A stretch of DNA of 63,874 nt, the filler included, from Basidiobolus ranarum (taxonomy: Eukaryota), in NCBI GenBank assembly GCA_040143965.1. It is 3 parts of 3 records of this genome, joined end to end, with 100 filler letters (N's around TTAATTAATTAA, not from the genome) between each part and the next. Parts side by side here need not be neighbours in the genome. Positions count along the whole stretch, not along the records: positions 42,689 to 63,874 come from JASJQH010007087.1; 2 more parts are not named here. The stretch is one strand, 5' to 3'. Positions within the stretch are counted from its first letter, which is position 1. Each line of letters starts with the position of its first letter. The position numbers and the translations under genes were made by a program. The notes under the pieces are model-generated. The model searched no databases. It saw nothing but the letters and a program-made list of their open reading frames with translations, and was not told the DNA's origin. Shown one piece after another: positions 52,219 to 63,874 of the stretch.

Positions 52219-53916
52219 GTCTCTATGAACTTTGTTGAGCACTCCAAGTATGTTGTGGAGAAGCTAAATTCGATTAGACTTGAAAAGATGAAGGCAAAAT
52301 ATTCTGGGAATATAGTCCTGTCCAAAGATATTCAAAACAGCGTAAGGAGAAGAGGAATGCAGTATGGTGAAAGTTTTATGTCAACAGAGCTCAAGCAATA
52401 TGGGGCTCTGAACCAACCAGATATTGTTAGAAATGCAGGAATCACAGGTTGAATTATACTGGGCACAATCTTTCCATTTATTTTCTGAAACAAATCGGAT
52501 TTGATCTACTTATGAATAGATTTTCCTTAATAGTCTACATTACCTAATTATCTCTTACGCCTATTCATTAACTAGCAGTGATGGTGATTGGCATGTCGAG
52601 ACAAATCTATAACAATGTCATAGGACTAAGAATATTTATAGCTCAACTCAATCGATTAATGAACGACCATGGAGGCTACAAACGATGCATTTAGGGTGCC
52701 TCGTCACTGTCCCAGTCTGTGACTTTCATCCGCACCACCTGTAGCTACTCCTTTCTATGGAAGAATGCTCTGACAGCTTGTGACTGAGTGTAGCAGGCTT
52801 CAGATGTAGCCAATGATTTTGTACTCAATTGGCGGATTTGCGAATTAATTAAACGGACGCCAACTCCGAACAAACATGCTTCTGGTGATTAAACGTGCCA
52901 ATTCTGCCCAGCTTCATAGATACTGGCTGAGGGTAGGCTCTCGGATCGGATGCTGGAGTGGTTCGTAGTGAGCGTACTTACCATGCAGTCCCAGAAAGGA
53001 TGGCCTGACTTCGATGCTTGACTTTTTAATCATCCGAGTTTCATCTAGTACTTGAGATATGCCCCAATATTAGCACGTATCCTGTGTAGTTTTCCCCAAT
53101 GGGTTGCTCATTCATGTCTCACGCGTTTCATCCCTCAACATATTCGATACGAAACCACACTACTCAATACGCCAGAATGAGAGGGTACCTCTGTTGTTAT
53201 CTCACATTGCACTTTTACGGGAATATTTCACAAGAACAACGAGGCTTTGTGTGATATAATGGAAGGATGCCCACTTCATGATCGAGAAGCACCAAGGTCC
53301 AAGTTGGGCTAGACTATTGCCGAGATAAATGTTATAGTGGCTGAGTAATATACAAACATACAGCCGTTAGAGAGGTCCAGGTTGAGTAATAGCTTCTTGG
53401 GACCAAATCTGGCTGATTCTTGGAATTGTCCTTTGTCAGCCTATTTCGCCATCGGTAGGTGCAATGAAAACCTGCCCAATAGATCTTTCCACCATGATTA
53501 CAACTAGTTCATTTGAGTGGAAGTTTAAATGTATCAGTCTGGCCTTGAAATTCATAGAAAATCGTCGGTAAGCAATTCTCTGAGTGAGAGTCAAGGTAGA
53601 AGAAAATGAGGGCTGATCGTGTTGGGTGACCATTGGCCAGACTTGATTGAGAATTGATACAGATGGTATCGCTATTTGCATGATGCTCAACAGTATACAC
53701 TCCTTGCTGGTTTATTCGCGTATCAGCACCAGAAATATTTCCGAATCCCATCGGCAATCCCTTCAAATTACATTCCCAATTTTATCAGGAATATTTGATC
53801 TAGTTTTGGTGTCCCGTTGACGTTTATCATGCATGATACACTTTCATTATCCTATTTTCTCTGACCACACCTATTTGCTTAGATATTGTTAGACACTTCA
53901 AAGAATATAACCGTTT

Positions 53917-56315
53917 ATGCCAGACAATTTCAATGAACCTTCCACTTGGGAGGAAGTTAAAATTCAAAGCGGAAGCCAGGTGCATTCTCCTCAAAAGTCC
54001 GTAACGGTGGACATGTTTTATGTAGAAAAACCCAAAACAAAGTTGAGTAGTGATGCGGGAAACATTACACTTTTGATTGTACTTTGTAAGTAGAGAACAG
54101 AGTTATTCTCTTGCCCCCTTATTTTATGCTGTTCCTCTAAATAGTTTTCCATGGAATATATTAGATTTATTGCAAGGTATACCAGTTGGCCTGACCCTTG
54201 GAAGTATCCCCTTTTTACTGAAATCAAAAATGAGTTATTCGCAAATGGGAATCTTTTCGTTGGCTGGTTACCCCTATAGTTTGAAATTACTTTGGTCACC
54301 TTTGGTGGATTCCATTTACTCCAAGACTATTGGAAGAAGAAAGACGTGGATTGTCCCCATCCAACTTATAACCAGCGCTTTATTTTTCTGGTTAGGTGCT
54401 AATGTTGATGGATTAATGAGCGAAGTGGTAATTAGGGATACTTCAAGCTTTTCAAATGTCCTCGTGTATCTAATTTCCATTCCTCCTTTAGGATGAAGTC
54501 AAAGTATACAGTTTGACTTTTATATTCTTTTTCTTAATCCTCCTGTGTGCCACTCAAGGTGTGTAAGCGCTCAATTGACCGTGATCTTTGTTGATTACAA
54601 AACTAAATTATACCTTTATGAATATGTAGATATTGCTGTTGACGGTTTGTACATCTACTTTGTTGCAATATGGGTTAGATCAGGATTGTAACTTCCATTC
54701 TATGATAGGTTGGGCTTTGACCTTATTATCCAAAGAAAATCTATCGTACGCTTCTACATGTCAAACTATTGGTTTAAACACTGGATATTTTATGTCGTTT
54801 ACCGTTTTTCTTGCTTTAAATTCCCCGGAATTCTGGTAAGTACTGGATACTGTAGTCAAACTCGTTAGTCACCTCTAACCTCTTTTATTTAGTAACAAAT
54901 ATCTTCGCACTGTTCCTGCGGGAAGTGGGGCTATCTCACTCGGTGGTTATTTCACGCTTTGGGCGGTGATGTATCTCTTGGTTACTTTGTGGCTAATATT
55001 TATGAAGCGTGAGGTAAAGAGAATGTTACTCTTACAACAATCTGATTCTAGCCATATTAATGGTCTTAATTTGCAGAAATCCTCCCACGAAGATAACGAA
55101 GAGTTTGGTGACGTTAAATCGATCTACTATACCATGATCAATATTTGCTCATTACCTCGTATCCTTTTGTTGGAAATCTCGTGGGATTCGCATTCCGCAT
55201 TCTGCAAACCTAATTTCCCTCTTAACTCAGTCTATAGATATGAAACGATTTCTTATGGTCATGTTGATGGCTAAAATCGGATTCATCGCTAATGATGCAG
55301 TAACAGGGCTAAAACTTCTGGAAAAAGGATTCAACAAGGAAGATCTAGCTCTCGCCGTTCTGATCGACTTTCCTTTTCAGATAGTATTCGGCTATTACGC
55401 AGCAAAGTGGAGTACTGGACCACGACCTCTGAAACCAGTACGTTTATTATAGAAACAACTGATCGAAATAACCCTCATTCTAACTGCCATGTGAACTTAG
55501 TGGCTATATGCATTCTATTTACGTCTGGTGTTTGCCTGCGTTGGGATGTGGATCGTCTACATATTCCCCTCCGGCGGTGTCACCAACACTTACCTAGTGA
55601 TTGTTATCGCTTCCACTGTTTTAAGCTCATTCGCAAGGTAAGTCGCTTTCTCAATCTACCATCAAAATAGAGAGGTTGGATGGCATGCTAATCTGTTGAT
55701 TCTCAGCACCGTTCAATTCGTGAGTATTTCAGCGTTTATCACGTCCATTGCCGATCCAGCCATTGGTGGGACATACATGACGGTAAGTATTACGAATATG
55801 GAATCCATTATAACCATTTAACATACGCATATGAATACTGATTCGAGTAAATGGAAATGAATAGCTGTTGAATACGATGAGCAATCTTGGCGGTACTTGG
55901 CCTAAATTCTTCGTCTTAAGGGCGGTGGACTATTTCACTGAAGCTACCTGTACATTGCCTGATAACAGTGGTATGGGTTTGTTTGTATATACTTGATATC
56001 ATCGCTGAGTCTTGACTCATATCTTCCTTTGGTAGCGTTTTCATGTGTTACCGAAGCAGCTAAAAGCACATGTTCCGAGATGTCTGGAAAGTGCACCACA
56101 TCAATTGATGGATATTACCCAGTGAGTGCACTTTGCGTTACTATAGGCACCGCACTTCTATTTGGATATATTATCCGACAAATTCGCACCATAGAAGGTA
56201 ATCATTCTTCTAATTACCCTATTGAACTACTCGCCATATTGGCCAAATCTAACCGATTACTATGATAGCCCTTCCATCTAGTATGTGGAGACTCAAAGAT
56301 AACAAAAATATGTAG
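53917..56315 (+). CDS. SLC33A1: Acetyl-CoA transporter (ACATN/SLC33A1 family, MFS), multi-exon
   Basis: YLLQGIPVGL, YPYSLKLLWSPLVDS..GRRKTWIVPIQ, ATQDIAVDGWALTLL, YASTCQTIGLNTGYF, KLLEKGF.KEDLAL, DPAIGGTYMTLLNT.SNLGGTWP, IDGYY. Confidence 0.95.
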
Positions 56316-57103
56316 ATTGAAGAGAAAGTAGATCTGAAATTCCTCTATAATATATACTTGTATATATATATTATTATTTGCAACACCAACCCCATTTCTC
56401 GTTCCTATCTATTTTATATCACTGATTTAGGAGCATCAATAAATGTGCTGAGCTACTTAATGATATCATATCATACTTGATCGAGATTCGCGCAACGATT
56501 AGTGTAAATGAGGTGTTGGATCACATTTACAAGTTCTCCATTCGACCTTGCTTGATTCCAAAGTGATCTAATATGATCCTCTTTTCCAGAAGGTCCATTG
56601 GGTAGAGCGAGTTCGGATCTTTGACTACCAAAGTAGGAGTGCATTCAATTGCGGGAATATGAGATCTGAGAATCAAAAAACCACATCAATATAAATGAAT
56701 CGAGAAGTATTCTGGGGAGAATTCTATGGAAGAAGTTTAAGCTTAAAATTCACTCTCGCCAGATTCACTTTAAGCATTTGATCTTTTGCTTCTTTCGGTA
56801 AGGTGCAAATACATGTCTAATTTTAGGAGAAAAAGCATATAAAGCATTCCCGTTCACCATCGTTATGAGATAAAACGCGTTGGAGAATTTCTTGGAACAT
56901 TCGAAAGAGGGCTCCAAAATCAGCCACATCCAAGATGAACATTGCCTAAAATACTTACCAACAAAGGAAAACAGTGATTTAATTGATTTAGTTCATGAAA
57001 GGGTTCGATCAATAATGGTTTGATACTGTCGAATTGTATACAGTTGTAATCTTGTTATCGGAATGAGGCTTCTTTGAAAGCGACCCTTATGTTCATCAAC
57101 CAG

Positions 57104-60100
57104 GAATGCTTTGGATGCAAAAGCAACCTCTGTTACTGTTCGACTTGTCGATGGAGGTCTCACTTCAATTTCGGTACTTTCTATTAAATATTTGAACTCA
57201 CGTCAAGTCAATTACCATCTAACTTGTTAATGGATTTCTTACAGGTAAAGGATAATGGTATGGGAATACCGATCTCGGATCGCCCGAGTATGGCCAAGCG
57301 TTACTACACCTCCAAAATTGAGAAATTTGAAGATTTGGATTCAGTCTCATCATATGGGTTTCGAGGTTGGGAAAGTTTTCAGTATAATAGAATTTTTCAA
57401 GTTTTTGGTTCAAATAGCGTTTATTATGTTCACAGGTGAGGCCTTAAATTCCATATGTTCTGCTTGCCAACTTGTACAGATCACGACCAAAACAATAGAG
57501 GACCCTACGTCTATCATTTACGATGTCGATAAAACCGGCACAATTATCAGGTTGAACCCTTTATGAATGCTAACTTTCTACCCAAAATCCTGGTATATAA
57601 CCATGTTTACTACTTCTAGCTCTAAATCTGTAGGCGGTGAGCAGGGAACCACCGTCAATGCTCTCAAACTTTTTCAATATTTCCCCGTACGAAGACAAGT
57701 AGGAATCCCATTTATTCTCAGAATTTTGATCAAGGCTACGTTGTTCATAATTGTTCTACTACTGTTAGGTAGCTCAAAAAACCGTGAACAACGCCATCAA
57801 ACGTATCATGGATTGTCTTATGTCATATGCTTTAATTCATCCGAATATTCGACTATCATTCAAAAATATGGAGATGAATTCCAAAAAGAGAGGAGCAAAC
57901 AAAAAGGAATGGATTAAAATTAGTACTAAAAGTATAATGGATTCAATCACTGCAGTATTTGGAAAAGAACTTACCACACAACTTCAATACAAAACTGACG
58001 AAAATATCGACACAAATGATGATTCGACGAAGATCGTTCTAGAGGCTGTTTTACCCAAGCGCGATTCAGGTGGGTAATTCTTCGCACTCTTCGAGTGAAT
58101 CTCTTGACTGATATTTCCAATTAGATTCTGCCATTGTATGCAAAGGAGATAGAACTTACTTTTACATTAACGAGAGGCCTGTATCGTCCAATAAAGGAGA
58201 AATAAAGCAGATTTTCGGGAAGATTCGTGACAAATACAACAGCGTAACTGCAGCCCAAGGAGATGCTTCTTCAGGTAAGCTTACTAAGGACAGGTATGCT
58301 ATCTAATTATCAATCGAATAACATGCTCAATATTCTTAAATGCTAGGGTCAAGGAAGTCTCCCTTTGTTCTATTTCACTTAAAGCTACCATTGGGAAGTT
58401 TTGATGGTATTGTTTGCCTCATCTTGCATTTATTTCTACGTAGTCTAATATTCATAATCTTGTGAAGTAAATGTGGAACCAAGTAAAAATGTCGTGCTTT
58501 TACATCGTCCCGAAGTCATACTTCAGATGGTCGATGATTTCCTCGAAGAGTTTTACTCTGAGCCCCTTCCTACATCACCACAGCCTCTTGAGAACCAAGA
58601 CATCACTAGCTCAACCTCAGTGTCAACCTCACCCAAACCTTCCTTGAGGTAGGTAGCGTGTTAGATCAATATGAACTAATTCGTTCTTACTAAAGCATCT
58701 GATTTAGGACACCAACACAACCAGCAGACCAAGAAAATACTGAGCAATCATTGGTACGTGAGAAGGAGTTAAACCTTACTAGTGACAGGAAATCGAATGA
58801 AATAGATCCAAAATCATGTCCGAATTCTGTCGAGACAAATCGTGTAACTGAAGATCCTACATCTTTGATTGGTTCAAGTGAGGAATCACCAAATAATAGA
58901 TCTGTTAATGAACGGAATACCGCAGACGATAAACTTGGCTTTCTGCCCAACAAATTAATAGCCCGTGAAGATTGGAGTAAAGGGCATGTTGATGGTCTCA
59001 GAAATCCTGTACTTGTCTGTAACACAAACACGAATCTAGAGGGTGATGAAAGTGGGTCACCCGAGATTTCGCGCAATCACGGAGAATCTTCAAACCCTCA
59101 AGTGAGAACTTCTCTCCGTCTCGGGGAGTATAGTGGTTCCAAAAAATCCAATGGGTTAAACTACTCAGCGTCATCTAATACCGACCAAAGTGGTCATCCT
59201 TCATCAAGCCGTAATAACCTTGATGACTTATCGAAGCCCTTAAGCAACACCTCATTCTCTAAACCAGATTTCGCCACGAATCCCTTCGTCTCGCATTATT
59301 CAACTGCTAATCCAGCATCACCATTTACTCAGAAATTGAATTCCAGCATAAGTGAAGAAGTTGATTTGGATGAGGAATTATCACCAGAAAAACTGAAAAA
59401 CTCATCTGTTACGTTTAACGAAGACCTCAATCGCACCGGTACAAACGGACCCACATTCAACCCCAAGTTTACACCATCATCGCGGCATTATCCTATTTTT
59501 GATCCAGAGCATAGGAAGCAACTGCTAGATACAGAAGTGACCCTCTATAGTGACGAGGAGGGTAGCGAGCCTTCCTCTGCAAAGCGTAAAAGCATCGTAA
59601 CAACCACATTGACTCCCACGAAACGCTTCAAACCGAGGTTCAATCCCTTTGAGCGATTGGTAGACTCTAATCAACTCACACTCCATGAGATGCTCAAATC
59701 GCCTAGTTCTTGTAGAAAATTAGGTCGAAGCCGTGTACTCGGAATGGTTGACACTCTCAGCGAAGAGCTATCCCAAAACTTTGATTCGTCTGCTACCATA
59801 CGAAAGTACCGTACAATACGAAACAAATGGGAAAAGAAAAGCACTCAAGATAGCGATGAACTGTTGCCACAGCCTCTATACCGATTCATAGGGAATGCCG
59901 ATCAATTCTGGATCGTAAAGAATGAAAACAATTTGGTTGCAGTTGATCCAATCAGGTAATTAATTAACGGCTCATAGCATCGATTACCCTTTAGACTAAC
60001 AACACATTAGGGCCCAGTACCCTCATATTTACTCGAAATTAATGGAAAGTTATGAATTTTCACTCACGCCCCTTGAGAACCCTATCCTTGTCTCACCAAA

Positions 60101-60642
60101 GTAAGCTTCAAAGCACACGTATTTTCCTATCCCAACATGTATACACTAACTTTCTGTTCAGTTCGATTGGAGGACTTGTGAACCTTGACTTTCTCAGTAA
60201 GCTAGATTCCACAGAAGAAGGCTTTCGCTACGAGATACAGGATCGCCGTCTGTTAGCCAACGGATTCGAAGTTTGCTTAGTCAAAGGTGAGATTTAACTC
60301 GTGAGTAAAGTGATTGTATTTTCATTCATTCACCCTTGTATTGTCATCTTAGATCCTACCAACAAAACGCCACTCATAGAAGTGACAGGGATGACCACCC
60401 TCTTGCCATCGTTAGGGATTTCGGATTTGTCCGAGTTGATCGCTCGCTTAGTGGATCATAAACCCGGGCAGGATTTGACTAAAACTCGGATAACAAAAGC
60501 GATCACATTCTTTGAAGAGGAGAGCAAAAGATTGGCTAAACTCAGCCTTCAGAATGAGCATATCCAAGAAATAGTTAATGAGATCTTTCCTATCAACGAG
60601 GGATCCAAAGAAATCACCAAAATTATCTGGACATTGAAATGA
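57104..60642 (+). CDS. PMS1: MutL homologue of the human PMS1 (MutL-beta) type, multi-exon; first coding exon not located
   Basis: (E)NALDAKAT, VKDNGMGI, MAKRYYTSKI, YGFRGEALNSIC, GTTV...LF...PVRRQ, YINERPV, DVNVEPSK; long S/N-rich linker; C-terminal DRRLLANGF; no DQHA endonuclease motif seen. Confidence 0.88.
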
Positions 60643-61283
60643 ATCAAGACTGGGCTGAACCGGACAGGACGGAAGGAAACCATATTAATGTGCATATCTT
60701 AGAATAATACTTGATATTCCTGGTTTTAGGTATTAAGTCAATCGTTGAAATAAACTACCGAATTCACTATTATATTGCAAGGTGTAAATGAATGAAGACT
60801 TGTGCCTTTTAAAGGCTGATAGTATTGTGTCACGTGGATTTGATTTTTCAGTGGAGATAGTTGACAAAGTAATATTTAGAAAAGTTCCTAGCCTGAGATT
60901 TTGGTGAACTCGGAAGATTTTGACCAGTCAATTTGAAATCACATCAGAATATCTTTCAAAATTGAAGTGTACCATTGCAAGATATTCTTACCCCCCTATC
61001 ATGCATGCCAATTATATGAGCATATATTTTCTTCACAAATATTTTTGAAACTGTTGCAATCAGAATAATCATCACCCACTATTCCGAATCCTGTGAACAA
61101 CCCAGAGAGTCAGAGATTCAAACAGTAGACATCTCACTCTTCCTGGTTTGAAATACCGAGAATCACTCTCATCAAAATACGTTACTTGTGTGGCTTCAAT
61201 TACCCGTTGTTGTTTATTCCTTTAGAGGTTTCAAACCATGTCAAAGCGACCAATAATTACGAAAATACAATCATGTTGAAGTT

Positions 61284-61612
61284 TGTTAAAGTATTTGGGA
61301 GCCTGTTGGAAGTGGTTTGGAGAATTAGAGAATTTGGTGGTTTTCACTTATTGATTTATTGAGTATTCAGTTGACATTTATAGTTTTGTCAAGATGTAAA
61401 CAAACTAATGTGTAGAATGTGTTAAGGAAGGTCCCAGGAACATGTGTGCAGAGTTTGGGGCTTCTAGCACAAGTTATCAAAATCCATATATCTTCAAACT
61501 TCTAAGTAAACTCCGATATCGAATAATGGGTAATATCTTGGTTCAATAGAAGATAACTAAATACTAAGCTATATATGACTATATAGGTGTTTAGGCAATG
61601 CTAATTTCAACC
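61284..61612 (-). mobile_element. Solo LTR, family B
   Basis: Reverse-complement homology to 48573-48921; exact TSD AAGTT (61279-61283 and 61613-61617); one terminal base mutated. Confidence 0.9.
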
Positions 61613-62198
61613 AAGTTTAGTCTCTTTACTGCCACTCATTAAGGACAGACTTGCTCTTAGGCTATTTTGATGTTTTTGAAATAAATCGAGGCTATAGTTT
61701 GTTAGAATGGGATTGGATTGTGAACACTCCAATATCACACCGCTAGAAATTACTGAACAACGTGTGTTCCGTCTATAAAGATAGGCACGAGAAGTAGCCA
61801 TACAATATATGGAGTGACTAAAGATACAATCTCAATCTAATTGATTCTGGATCATACTCTGATGTGAATCTTGGGTACAACATTGGATGGTTCTGAAAAT
61901 CTACTGTAGAAATTCCCCTTGCCACAATTCATGTCATAGAGAATCACTTTCTTAGATCCAACTTGTCTGATGTACTCTAATTTCGTCATAGCAGGTTACA
62001 TCATCCATTTAGACCTTTGGATATGATGTCAAGTAAAGTCCCATGGCTACTAGAGGAGCTATTCTTATGTATTTCCGATTTTTTCCATCCACTCCATTCG
62101 CTCCGACACTCTGTAAACTGAACTGAATCGAACCGAAGAAAACGAAATGAAGATGACTCGAATGAAGTTTTCTTTTAATTAAGATTTAAAAAATGGAT

Positions 62199-63765
<1,567 letters not shown>

Positions 63766-63874
63766 GTTTTTGAAGGGAGTTTTTTATTTTTGGCCCCACC
63801 GATTCAAACGAACGAAGAAAGTTGGAATAATAGTCTCGTTTGACCTGTACCCACTACGCAACCACTACCAACAA

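Noticed and set aside
52460-53800. Short ORFs or a structured RNA in the divergent intergenic region
   Set aside because: No recognisable protein or snRNA/snoRNA/SRP motif; unsupported without an Rfam search.

Overview
Eukaryotic DNA, most likely from an early-diverging fungus (inferred from many short GT-AG introns and the gene content). Two 100-bp assembly spacers (N44-TTAATTAATTAA-N44) split the window into three blocks, so adjacency across them is not guaranteed. Blocks 1-2 (1-42.6 kb) are a nested, strongly CpG-depleted transposon graveyard. They hold four pieces of one CMC/EnSpm (Tnp2) family with CCCTAACA...TGTTAGGG ends, several Ty1/copia elements and LTRs, a complete 4.4-kb PHIS (Pangu-like) element with ATT target duplications, and a decayed 84-bp repeat array. 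Block 3 (42.7-63.9 kb) is CpG-normal and gene-rich: PX-domain AGC kinase, RPL36, arabinokinase-N-like glycosyltransferase-fold protein, acetyl-CoA transporter, PMS1-type MutL and QTRT1, plus three solo LTRs. The most unusual items: (1) an intronless, very compact and divergent RNA polymerase second-subunit (RPB2-like) gene, probably from a large DNA virus or virus-like element, lodged inside a copia integrase; (2) a 281-bp solo LTR carrying a full-length 73-nt tRNA-like sequence; (3) the Pangu-like element whose second gene encodes 38/39-aa tandem repeats. All calls come from reading the sequence by eye; no database searches were run.
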